64,000 bases of DNA from Bacillota bacterium (GTDB lineage Bacteria > Bacillota > Dehalobacteriia > UBA4068). Made by a program: the position numbers and the translations under genes. Location of the stretch: contig JAILCQ010000009.1 in assembly GCA_024679955.1 (NCBI GenBank), positions 3,467 through 67,466 on the forward strand, written 5' to 3'. Below, one piece after another: positions 17,894 to 26,437 of this stretch (position 1 is its first letter; each line of letters starts with the position of its first letter). The notes below the pieces were generated by a model. It saw only the letters and a list, made by a program, of their open reading frames with translations, searched no databases and was not told where the DNA came from.

Positions 17894-19189
17894 ATGCTCT
17901 ATATCGATATTCTGACTTTGTTTCCGGAAATGTTCGCGCCTTTGCAGGCCAGCATTGTGCAGCGGGCGCAAAATAAGGGTATCGTCGATATCCGTTTGAC
18001 CAATATCCGGGATTACGCCACGGATAAACATCATCTTACCGACGACCGGCTGTACGGCGGCGGCGCGGGTATGGTCATGAAGCCGGAACCGCTGCTGGCG
18101 GCTGCCCAGGCGGTGCGGCGGGTGGAAAAGCCCCGCATCTTGGTGATGTCCCCCGCCGGCCGGGTGTATGATCAAAGCCTGGCCCGGGAATTGGCCCAGG
18201 AACGGCAATTGATCCTGATCTGCGGCCATTATGAGGGCATCGACCAGCGGGTCATCGAGTCTTTGGATTGTCAATTGATCTCTTTGGGCGATTTTGTGCT
18301 GACCGGCGGCGAGACCGCTGCCATCGCCGTGGCCGACAGCGTGACCCGCCTTTTGCCCGGCGCTTTGGGGGACGACCGTTCGGCGGAGGACGAAAGCTTC
18401 AGCGACGGTTTGCTGGAATATCCCCAGTATACCCGCCCGCCGGAATATCAGGGCCTGTGTGTGCCGCAGGTGCTGCAAAGTGGAGATCATGCCAAAATCG
18501 CCGCCTGGCGGCGGCGGCAATCCCTGGCGCTGACCTGGCGCAACCGGCCGGATTTGCTGAAAAAAGCCGCGCTTAGCCCGGAAGACGCGGCCTATTTGTA
18601 TGAATTGCGCAGCCGGGAGGAACAACCATTTCGCTTATACGCGGCTTTGCTGCATTATCCGGTGTATAATAAAAAAAAGCAGATCATCCATACCAGTTTG
18701 ACCAATCTGGATTTGCATGATATCGCCAGAGCGGCCTGCACCTACGGCTTATCCGGCTATTTTGTGATCCAACCTATGGAACAGCAGCGCCGCTTGATCG
18801 GCGACTTGCTGCAATATTGGCAAACCGGCTTCGGCGCCCGCTATAACCCGGACCGGCAGCGGGCCCTGTCGGCGGTAAAACTGTTGCCGGACTTGGCCGC
18901 AGCTATAGAGGAAATCCGGACGGCGGAGGGCGCGCCGCCGGCTTTGATCGCCACTTCGGCCAAAGCCTGGCCCGATTCCGTGGGCTATGAAGAAATGCGC
19001 GGCTTGATGCGGCAAAAAGGCGGCAGTTATCTTTTGCTTTTCGGCACCGGCTTCGGCCTGACCGATTCTCTGATGGAAGAGGCCGGCTACCGCTTGCGTC
19101 CGTTATACGGCGCCGGCGGCTACAATCATCTTTCCGTACGCAGCGCCGCGTCGATCATCTTCGACCGGTTGTTGGGCCGGGATCTATAA
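17894..19189 (+). CDS. trmD: tRNA (guanine37-N1)-methyltransferase TrmD fused to a C-terminal ~185-aa second domain (predicted SPOUT-like RNA methyltransferase)
   Basis: Start trimmed to MLYIDILTLFPEMF at 17894. The TrmD core covers about 245 aa (YGGGAGMVMKPEP, ICGHYEGIDQRV). The ORF then continues without a stop for about 186 more aa (PFRLYAALLHYPVYNKKKQIIHTSLTNLDLHDIARA...GGYNHLSVRSAASIIFDRL). Confidence 0.85.
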   Translation: MLYIDILTLFPEMFAPLQASIVQRAQNKGIVDIRLTNIRDYATDKHHLTDDRLYGGGAGMVMKPEPLLAAAQAVRRVEKPRILVMSPAGRVYDQSLARELAQERQLILICGHYEGIDQRVIESLDCQLISLGDFVLTGGETAAIAVADSVTRLLPGALGDDRSAEDESFSDGLLEYPQYTRPPEYQGLCVPQVLQSGDHAKIAAWRRRQSLALTWRNRPDLLKKAALSPEDAAYLYELRSREEQPFRLYAALLHYPVYNKKKQIIHTSLTNLDLHDIARAACTYGLSGYFVIQPMEQQRRLIGDLLQYWQTGFGARYNPDRQRALSAVKLLPDLAAAIEEIRTAEGAPPALIATSAKAWPDSVGYEEMRGLMRQKGGSYLLLFGTGFGLTDSLMEEAGYRLRPLYGAGGYNHLSVRSAASIIFDRLLGRDL

Positions 19190-19243
19190 ACGTTTCATCG
19201 CCAATGACTTTTTTCGGCCCCAGTCCGGAAAGGGATCAACGGC

Positions 19244-20086
19244 TTGGCGAAATTGGGGGGTAGGGAATTGCTTGTAAGACCACAAAGTGAGAAAATCAAA
19301 TTATACGGTTTCAACAATTTAACCAAAACGCTAAGCTTCAACATGTACGACATTTGTTATACGAAAACCGTGGAAGACCGGCAAGCCTATTTGGAATATA
19401 TCGACGAGCAATACAATGCCCAAAGGCTTACGGGTATTTTGCGGGAAGTCACCCGTATCATCGGCGCCCATGTGCTGAATATTTCCGTGCAGGATTATGA
19501 ACCCCAGGGCGCATCGGTAACCATTTTGATCTGCGAAGGCGACGGGCCCGTGCCTATGCATTCTTCGCCGCTGCGCAACGGCTCCGCGGATCAAATGATC
19601 CTGGCTCATCTGGACAAAAGCCATTTAACAGTACATACCTATCCGGAATACCATCCCGACGGCGGCGTTTGCACGTTTCGGGCGGATATAGACGTATCCA
19701 CTTGCGGCGAGATTTCCCCATTGAACGCTTTGAACTATTTGGTCAACAAATTTGACGCGGATATTTTCACCATGGATTATCGGGTGCGGGGCTTTACCCG
19801 GGATATCCGCGGCAAGAAATTATTCATCGATCATGACCTGGTTTCCATACAGGATTATATAGACGACGATATCATCGACCGCTACCAAATGATAGACGTC
19901 AACGTCTATCAGGAGCATATTTTCCACACCAAATGCAAATTGAAAGAGGCGGATCTGGACGAGTATTTGTTCCATTTCAGCAAATCGGATATCAGCGAAG
20001 AAGAGATCCGCCAGATCACCGCCAAACTGAATAAAGAGCGGGATGAGATCTTTTACGGGCGCAATATGGGCTTCCAGGATATATAA
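19244..20086 (+). CDS. speD: S-adenosylmethionine decarboxylase proenzyme, E. coli-type (class 1B)
   Basis: [34 protein letters not shown] and [15 protein letters not shown] closely parallel E. coli SpeD, including the LDKS self-cleavage serine. The start is uncertain: TTG at 19244 or in-frame TTG at 19268. Confidence 0.85.
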   Translation: MAKLGGRELLVRPQSEKIKLYGFNNLTKTLSFNMYDICYTKTVEDRQAYLEYIDEQYNAQRLTGILREVTRIIGAHVLNISVQDYEPQGASVTILICEGDGPVPMHSSPLRNGSADQMILAHLDKSHLTVHTYPEYHPDGGVCTFRADIDVSTCGEISPLNALNYLVNKFDADIFTMDYRVRGFTRDIRGKKLFIDHDLVSIQDYIDDDIIDRYQMIDVNVYQEHIFHTKCKLKEADLDEYLFHFSKSDISEEEIRQITAKLNKERDEIFYGRNMGFQDI

Positions 20087-20097
20087 GGAGTAAGCAT

Positions 20098-21000
20098 ATG
20101 AATCAAACAGACGACCATGCGCAATACGGCGCTTCATCCATACCTGCCGGCGATCTATGGTTTGGGGAATACTATGCCCCCGATGTGCGTTTTGCCTTGC
20201 AATGCCAGCCTTTGGCCCGGGAAAGTTCGCCGTATCAACAAATCGACTTTTATCAAAATGCCACCTTCGGCACTTTCTTTACCCTCAACGGTTTTGTGCA
20301 GGTCACGGCAAGGGACGAATTCATATATCATGATATGATCGTCCATCCCGCCATGGCGGTGAACCCGGATATCCGCCGGGTATTGATCATCGGCGGCGGC
20401 GACGGCGGCACGGCCAGAGAAGTGTCCCGTTATCCCGGCGTGGAAAAAATCGATATGGTGGAAATCGACGAGGCGGTGATCCGTTTGTGCCGCCGCTATC
20501 TGCCGCAGACCGCGGCGGTCTTCGATCAGGAGCCCCGGCTGCATTTGACCGTCGGCAACGGCGTGGATTTTGTGGCCCAGGCGGCGGACGGGGCTTACGA
20601 TTTGCTGCTGGTGGACAGCACCGATCCGGTGGGGCCGGGGGAAGGCTTGTTTACCACGGCTTTTTACCGGGATTGCTACCGCATTTTAAGCGACCGGGGC
20701 ATTATGATCAATCAGCAGGAAGGGGCTTTTTATCCCCAGGACAGATGGGAAATGCAAAGGGCCCATAAAAAAGTGGACGCGGTTTTCCCCGTCTCTCTGC
20801 TGTACGGCTTCAATATGCCCACCTATGCCTCCGGCTATTGGTATTTTGGTTTCGCTTCCAAGGGGCTGCATCCCTTGGACGATCTGCAGGCCGGCGCATG
20901 GCGCAGCCTGGGCTTGCAAACCAAGTATTATAACGAGGATATACATCGGGCCAGCTTTGCTTTGCCCAATTATGTGCGGGACGTTTTGCGCCCGGAATAA
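20098..21000 (+). CDS. speE: Spermidine synthase (polyamine aminopropyltransferase)
   Basis: 300 aa with an AAGGAG RBS. VLIIGGGDGGTAREV, VEIDEAVI and LLLVDSTDPVGPGEGLF. Confidence 0.9.
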   Translation: MNQTDDHAQYGASSIPAGDLWFGEYYAPDVRFALQCQPLARESSPYQQIDFYQNATFGTFFTLNGFVQVTARDEFIYHDMIVHPAMAVNPDIRRVLIIGGGDGGTAREVSRYPGVEKIDMVEIDEAVIRLCRRYLPQTAAVFDQEPRLHLTVGNGVDFVAQAADGAYDLLLVDSTDPVGPGEGLFTTAFYRDCYRILSDRGIMINQQEGAFYPQDRWEMQRAHKKVDAVFPVSLLYGFNMPTYASGYWYFGFASKGLHPLDDLQAGAWRSLGLQTKYYNEDIHRASFALPNYVRDVLRPE

Positions 21001-21095
21001 ACCGATGCTATACAAAAACTGCCCTAACCAAGCCGCGGCAATCCTGCGCGGAACGGGGATGGGCGGTTTATTTTTGAGAAGATCGAGGTATGATT

Positions 21096-22352
21096 ATGTG
21101 GCGGTTGATCGAATTGGAAAACGGCGTGACTCTGCTGGTGCAGCCGATGCCCCATATGCGTTCCGTATCCGTGGGCATTTGGGCTGCCTCGGGTTCGGCG
21201 GGAGAACCTGCGCCATTGGCCGGGGTATCCCATTTTCTGGAACATATGCTGTTTAAAGGCACCGAAACCCGCCCGGCGCTGGAGATCGCCTCCGCCATGG
21301 AGCGGGTGGGCGGTGTGCTGAACGCTTTCACCGCCAAGGAATATACCTGCTATTACGCAAAATCCCTGGACGAGCATTTTCCCCAGGCCGTAGAATTGCT
21401 GGCGGATATGTATCATAATTCTTTATTGACCGCCGAAGAATTCGACCGGGAGAAGAACGTCATCATCGAAGAGATCCATATGTATGAGGACAGCCCCGAT
21501 GATACAGTGGTGGATCTGCTGTCTTCCGCCATGTGGCCCGATCATCCCTATGGCAGGCCCATCGCCGGCAGCGTTCAAAGCGTCCAGGCCCTGACCTGCC
21601 AGCAAATGCGCGACTATTACCGCAGCCGCTACGTTCCCGCCGCTACGGTGGTGGCTGTGGCCGGCAATATCGAAACGCCCCGGGCGGAAGAGATCATCCG
21701 CCGCTATTTTGCCGCCGCCCCGCCGGCAGCGAAGGTCGCGCCCGCCTGTCCCGACACCCGTTTGGCTGGGGCCTGCGCCGTTTATACCCACAAGGATATC
21801 GAGCAAACCCATGTGTGCCTGGGTTTCCCCGGCGTGGCTTTGGAAGACGGGGATTATTACCCGCTGCGGGTCTTGATCAATGCTTTGGGCGGTGGAGCCA
21901 GCTCCCGCCTGTTCCAGGAGGTGCGGGAAAAACGCGGCCTTTCCTATTCCGCCTATGCCTTTGCCGACAGTTATAAACATGGCGGCAATATCGTGGCTTA
22001 TGCTTCTACCCGCCCCGCCAATGCTCGGCAACTGATCGAAGTGATGGCGGAGCAATTCGCGATCGTGGCCCAACATGGTCTGGGGGAAGAGGAGATCCGG
22101 CGCAGCGTCACCCAAATGAAGGGCAATTTGCTGCTGAGTATGGAGAGCACCGGCAATGTGATGAACCGTTTGGCCCGGACCCAGTTGAATTTGGGCCGGG
22201 TGGTCACCGCGGAAGAAACCGCGGCAAAGCTGGCGGCGGTAAACGAAGCGGATATCCAAAGGGTATGCGGCCGCTTGCTGCAGCCCGGCAGCATGTTTGT
22301 GGCCCTGGTGGGGCCGGAGGATTGCCCCGTGGATGTGAAAAAGCTGTTCTAA
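21096..22352 (+). CDS. M16 family zinc peptidase (insulinase-like, YmxG/MlpA type)
   Basis: [11 protein letters not shown] is the inverted HxxEH zinc motif. I prefer the ATG at 21096 (6 nt after GAGGT) to the ORF-track 21090. Confidence 0.85.
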   Translation: MWRLIELENGVTLLVQPMPHMRSVSVGIWAASGSAGEPAPLAGVSHFLEHMLFKGTETRPALEIASAMERVGGVLNAFTAKEYTCYYAKSLDEHFPQAVELLADMYHNSLLTAEEFDREKNVIIEEIHMYEDSPDDTVVDLLSSAMWPDHPYGRPIAGSVQSVQALTCQQMRDYYRSRYVPAATVVAVAGNIETPRAEEIIRRYFAAAPPAAKVAPACPDTRLAGACAVYTHKDIEQTHVCLGFPGVALEDGDYYPLRVLINALGGGASSRLFQEVREKRGLSYSAYAFADSYKHGGNIVAYASTRPANARQLIEVMAEQFAIVAQHGLGEEEIRRSVTQMKGNLLLSMESTGNVMNRLARTQLNLGRVVTAEETAAKLAAVNEADIQRVCGRLLQPGSMFVALVGPEDCPVDVKKLF

Positions 22353-22365
22353 AGGAGTTTTGCGG

Positions 22366-22809
22366 ATGGATACCTTGGTAAAATATCAGATTTTGCCTCA
22401 TGGACAAGGCCTGCCTCTGCCGGCCTATCAGTCGCTGCAGGCGGCGGGCTTGGATTTGCCGGCGGCTGTGGCGCAGCCGGTGATCCTGGCCCCGGGGGAA
22501 AGGGCTTTGATCCCTACCGGCCTGGCCCTGGAGATCCCCGCTGGCTTTGAGGGGCAGGTGCGCCCCCGCAGCGGCCTGGCTTTGCGGCAGGGTATTACGG
22601 TTTTGAACAGCCCCGGCACCATCGATGCGGATTATCGCGGGGAAATACAGGTCATTTTGATCAACCTGGGGCAGGAAGCCGTGGAAATCAGCCGCGGCAT
22701 GCGCATCGCCCAATTGGTGATCGCCCCGGTGATGCAGGCCAGTTTGGCGGAAGCCGGGCTCAGCGACAGCGAAAGAGGGGCCGGTGGCTTCGGCCATAGC
22801 GGAAAATAG
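22366..22809 (+). CDS. dut: dUTP diphosphatase
   Basis: [21 protein letters not shown] and a C-terminal [11 protein letters not shown] motif. The ATG at 22366 lies 8 nt after AAGGAG; the ORF-track TTG at 22360 is too close to the RBS. Confidence 0.9.
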   Translation: MDTLVKYQILPHGQGLPLPAYQSLQAAGLDLPAAVAQPVILAPGERALIPTGLALEIPAGFEGQVRPRSGLALRQGITVLNSPGTIDADYRGEIQVILINLGQEAVEISRGMRIAQLVIAPVMQASLAEAGLSDSERGAGGFGHSGK

Positions 22810-22836
22810 CGATTGTATTTATAAGAAGTAAGAAAA

Positions 22837-22910
22837 CGGCAGCCGGTCCCTTGCTGCAGGCAAGGGCCGCTGCCGCTGGAAAAGGCCGGCGTGGCAGCGC
22901 CGGCCTTTTG
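22837..22910. terminator. Two GC-rich hairpins forming a bidirectional terminator between dut and mazF
   Basis: CGGCAGCCGGTCCCTTGC / GCAAGGGCCGCTGCCG (22837-22875), and a perfect AAAAGGCCGGCG-TGGCA-CGCCGGCCTTTT hairpin (22880-22909). Confidence 0.7.
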
Positions 22911-22949
22911 TATGACGGGAGCAGGGAAGGAAAAATATGCAGGGGCCGG

Positions 22950-23294
22950 TCAAACGGTGAGGCCGATGCTTACCGCCATGGCTTCGCTGATCTTGTACAT
23001 GGCGCTCTTGTCCAAAACCGCTACCCTTTGCTTCAAACGGCTTTTGTCAATGGTGCGGATCTGTTCCGCCAACAGCACCGAATCCCGGGACAAACCGCTT
23101 TCCCGGCGGCTCAATTCCACATGGGTAGGCAATTTGGTTTTGTCGGTTTTTGATGTAATCGGCATAACGATGGTGGTGGGGCTGTAGGTGTTGCCGATAT
23201 CGTTTTGCACGATCAGCACCGGCCTGGTGCCGCCCTGTTCGGAACCTAATACGGGGTTCAGTTCCGCAAAATAGATTTCTCCTCTCTTCACCAT
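22950..23294 (-). CDS. mazF: MazF/EndoA-type mRNA interferase toxin (PemK family)
   Basis: 114 aa. MVKRGEIYFAELNPVLGSEQGGTRPVLIVQNDIGN...KLPTHVEL...RDSVLLAEQIRTIDKSRL is nearly collinear with B. subtilis EndoA (NdoA). AGGAAGTGA RBS. Confidence 0.9.
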   Translation of the reverse strand: MVKRGEIYFAELNPVLGSEQGGTRPVLIVQNDIGNTYSPTTIVMPITSKTDKTKLPTHVELSRRESGLSRDSVLLAEQIRTIDKSRLKQRVAVLDKSAMYKISEAMAVSIGLTV

Positions 23295-23509
23295 AGGATC
23301 ACTTCCTGTTTTCGCCGTGCCGGAGGCCGGCCGTTATGCCGTGGCCCTGCGCTCCATGGACAAGCGTTTGTTCTATTCTGATTATTGCCGGAAGAAATGA
23401 ATTTTATACTGCATATTGATTGATTTTTAACGGGGAGGGTGATAAAATTTATATATTGATGGGATGCAAACCACCGTCAATTTTGCAAAATAATAGAAGG
23501 AGGAACATC

Positions 23510-24910
23510 ATGAAATATCAGCTCATCATTAAGAACGCCCATTATTTCGCAAACGGCGACTTTTTCTATGGCGATATTTTGGCTGCCGGCGGCAAAATCG
23601 TCGGCATAGTCGCGGCGGGTACTGCTGATTATGATCAGGCCGAGCGGGTGATCGACGCTGCCGGTTTGGAAGTCTTGCCCGGCATCGTGGATTCCCACGT
23701 GCATTTCCGTGATCCCAGCCGTCCGGACCGGGAAGATTTCTATACCGGGTCTTCCGCCGCCGCCGCCGGCTGCGTTACCACATTCTGCGAAATGCCTTTG
23801 GCTATTCCGCCCCCCTGCAATGTAGAGAATCTGCACAATCGCATCCGTTTGGCGGAAGAACGCTCCATCGTTGACTTTGCCATGTTCGGCGCTGCCGGCT
23901 ATGATAACCGCTATCTGCTGCAGGATATATTGGACGAAGGGGCCATCGCTTTTAAAACTTTCCTGCATCCGGCCCCGGCTGGCAGGGAAAAAGAATTCGA
24001 CGGCCTTACCGTTAACGATGACGGCCAGCTCTATATCATGATGCAAGCCGCCGCCTCCACCACCGGCCGGTACTTTTTCCATTGCGAAAACGCCAAGCTG
24101 ATTTCCGCCATCGAAGCAGACCTGCATGAAAAAGGCGTCAACGGCAATGAATTCCACTATCTCTCCCGGGCGGAAGTGGCGGAAACGGAAAGCGTATCTA
24201 CCATTATCCAGTTTGCCAAAGCCACCGGCTGCAAAGTGGGCGTGGTCCATATTTCCGTGCCGGAAGCCTGCCAAATGGTCAAAGAAGCCAAAATGGACGG
24301 CGTGGACATCGTGGCGGAAACCTGCTTCCATTATCTTACCTACGATCACAGCCATATCGATGAATTCGGCCCCTATGCCAAATGCAATCCGCCTCTGCGC
24401 TCCGCGGCCGACAAAGAAAAACTGTGGGGCTATCTGCTGGACGGCACCATCACCATGGTGGGTTCGGATCACGCGCCCTTTACGCCGGAAGAAAAATCCA
24501 TCGGCCTTACCCAGGGCATTTGGAAAGCCTACTCCGGCATGCCCGCCATTGAAATGCTGCTGCCGATCATGCTGACCCATGTGAATTCCGGACGTATTAC
24601 TTTGGCGCAATTGGCCCGTTACATTTCCGAGAACACGGCGAAACTGTTCCATCTGTATCCGCAAAAAGGCTGCATCGCCGTGGGTTCCGACGCCGACTTC
24701 GCGATCATCGATATGAACGAGGAGTATGTTACTTCTATCGAAAAGATGTATTCCAAGTCCAAAGCCATCAACAAGCTGTTCGACGGCACGAAAGTAAAAG
24801 GCAAACCCAAATATACCGTGGTACGCGGTACCGTGGTCATGGAAAACGGCGTTGTGGATATGAGCAAAAAAGGCTACGGCCAATTTGCCCGTCCGCAAAA
24901 AGCCAAATAA
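23510..24910 (+). CDS. Cyclic amidohydrolase (allantoinase / dihydroorotase / hydantoinase family)
   Basis: Start trimmed to the ATG at 23510 after GAAGGAGGA. VLPGIVDSHVHFRDPSRPDREDFYTGSSAAAAGCVTTFCEMP carries the HxH metal site. VGSDHAPF is near the C-terminal part. Confidence 0.8.
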   Translation: MKYQLIIKNAHYFANGDFFYGDILAAGGKIVGIVAAGTADYDQAERVIDAAGLEVLPGIVDSHVHFRDPSRPDREDFYTGSSAAAAGCVTTFCEMPLAIPPPCNVENLHNRIRLAEERSIVDFAMFGAAGYDNRYLLQDILDEGAIAFKTFLHPAPAGREKEFDGLTVNDDGQLYIMMQAAASTTGRYFFHCENAKLISAIEADLHEKGVNGNEFHYLSRAEVAETESVSTIIQFAKATGCKVGVVHISVPEACQMVKEAKMDGVDIVAETCFHYLTYDHSHIDEFGPYAKCNPPLRSAADKEKLWGYLLDGTITMVGSDHAPFTPEEKSIGLTQGIWKAYSGMPAIEMLLPIMLTHVNSGRITLAQLARYISENTAKLFHLYPQKGCIAVGSDADFAIIDMNEEYVTSIEKMYSKSKAINKLFDGTKVKGKPKYTVVRGTVVMENGVVDMSKKGYGQFARPQKAK

Positions 24911-24932
24911 AGTACGTAAACCGTTATTTTGC

Positions 24933-24969
24933 AAAAGACCGGTTCGATTTTTCCGAACCGGTCTTTTTG
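24933..24969 (+). terminator. Rho-independent terminator
   Basis: AAAAGACCGGTTCG-ATTTTTC-CGAACCGGTC followed by TTTTTG. Confidence 0.8.
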
Positions 24970-25167
24970 TATGGAGCAGGCGGCATGGCATTCTGCTGCC
25001 CGCTTTGCCGGCAAATAGGCCGCGAAAAGCCATGGGTTTTCTTAGCATAGCCGCCGTTTTTCTGTTTTATCTCCGGGCGATAAGCCGGTCAAGATATTTG
25101 TAGGATATATAAATAGGAAGGAATAATGATTCAAGATTGCTCCATATTTAGGGGTGGGTGACCCTCC

Positions 25168-25276
25168 GGTTGGATTTTTTTATGGCTGGGTGATTACAAG
25201 GTTGGTTTGTATCAGTTTGGATTATTTTAATTTTGGATTATTTATTAAAAAAACAGAAAATTGGTTGATTTTTCCA
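25168..25276. repeat. Five head-to-tail 15-16-nt degenerate repeats (consensus about GGTTGGATTATTTNA) plus a sixth copy overlapping the -35
   Basis: Units: 25168 ggttggatttttttat, 25184 ggctgggtgattacaa, 25200 ggttggtttgtatca, 25215 gtttggattattttaa, 25231 ttttggattatttatt, then 25261 ttggttgatttttcca. They are embedded in a conspicuously AT-rich stretch of a GC-rich genome. Confidence 0.7.
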
Positions 25277-25293
25277 TGAATCAAAAGTATACT
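25265..25293 (+). promoter_or_regulatory. Putative sigma-A promoter of the SLH/giant-protein genes (TTGATT-17-TATACT)
   Basis: TTGATT at 25265-25270, a 17-nt spacer, TATACT at 25288-25293, with a second TATACT at 25294-25299. This leaves a leader of about 105 nt to the ATG at 25403. Confidence 0.45.
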
Positions 25294-25402
25294 TATACTG
25301 TACATCTGTGGAGGTATATCCAAATTTGTTTTTCGGCGGTATGTCTCCGCTAAACCCGGTTTTTGCCGGGAATAAAAAAATTTTTTTAAAGGAGGGCTTG
25401 TT

Positions 25403-26353
25403 ATGAGAAAACGGGACAGAAAATCGTTTGTCAGGGATATAGCCGCGGTAGCGCTGGTTTTTGCCCTGGTATTCGCATTTTCCGTAACGGCTTTTGCTGC
25501 GGGAACCGTCCAATATACCGATATTGACGGCCACTGGGCAGAAGCGACAATCGACAGGGCTGCGGCGAACGGCCTTGACATGCTTACCGGCGACAAGTTC
25601 TATCCGAATGCAGCCATCACCAGAGAGGAATTTACGCATATGGTGAGTTGGGCTTTCGGTTTGGAAACCGCTGCCGATAAGGTGACCTTTAAGGATGTTC
25701 CTGCATCCGGTCTTTACTATGAGGATATCCTCAAAGGCGTTTATTCCGATATTATCCATGGTCGCAGCGATGATGCTTTCGATCCGAAGACGACCATCAC
25801 CCGCCAGGAAGCTTGCGTTATTTTCTACAACATGCTTCCGCTCTACGGCGTCCCGGCTACCGGCGCCATTGAAAGATTCAACGACTATGCGGATATCAGC
25901 TCCTGGGCTCTGAAAGAAACCGGCACCATCGCCAGCGCCGGCTATATCCAGGGTTATCCGGATAACACCGTTCGTCCGTTGCGTACCATCACTAAAGCGG
26001 AAGCTCTGGTCATGATCATGCGCATCGTTGACGCCAGCAAGATCGTTCATGGCGATTTCACCGTCAAAGACGGCGAAGTCTTCAAGGATACCATCTTCAC
26101 CGGTACCATCTATGTGCCCGCCGGCTACGAAGCCACCTTCGACAGTTGCTCCATCCTGGGCAAACTGGTCAGCGGCACCACCAAGGACAAAACGGAATGG
26201 GAACTGCCCCATGACACCAAAGTGGCCAACGTGGAATATCAGACTCCTTCCGGCAGCGGCGGATCTTCCGGCCATACGCCGACTCCCACTCCCACTCCCA
26301 CTCCCACGCCCACTCCTGAACCCGACGATGAGGATTTTAACGTCTGGTTCTAA
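25403..26353 (+). CDS. Secreted S-layer-homology (SLH) domain protein, 316 aa, with a C-terminal beta-rich domain, (TP)7 linker and acidic-aromatic tail
   Basis: AAAGGAGGG RBS. Signal peptide ...VFAFSVTAFAAG. Three SLH repeats: YTDIDGHWAEATIDRAAANGL..., FKDVPASGLYYEDILKG..., FNDYADISSWALKETGTIASAGYIQGYPDNT.... The protein ends TPTPTPTPTPTPTPEPDDEDFNVWF. Confidence 0.9.
   Translation: MRKRDRKSFVRDIAAVALVFALVFAFSVTAFAAGTVQYTDIDGHWAEATIDRAAANGLDMLTGDKFYPNAAITREEFTHMVSWAFGLETAADKVTFKDVPASGLYYEDILKGVYSDIIHGRSDDAFDPKTTITRQEACVIFYNMLPLYGVPATGAIERFNDYADISSWALKETGTIASAGYIQGYPDNTVRPLRTITKAEALVMIMRIVDASKIVHGDFTVKDGEVFKDTIFTGTIYVPAGYEATFDSCSILGKLVSGTTKDKTEWELPHDTKVANVEYQTPSGSGGSSGHTPTPTPTPTPTPTPEPDDEDFNVWF
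26276..26317 (+). repeat. In-frame (ACN CCN)7 microsatellite encoding a (Thr-Pro)7 linker
   Basis: acgccgactcccactcccactcccactcccacgcccactcct, with ACTCCC repeated in tandem. Confidence 0.8.
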
Positions 26354-26437
26354 ACCGATTCCCGTTGTTTCCTTTTGTTGATTTTCCTTCTAGGGAATAA
26401 TGCATAAAATGCAAAAAATAATAAAGGAGGTTTTGTG

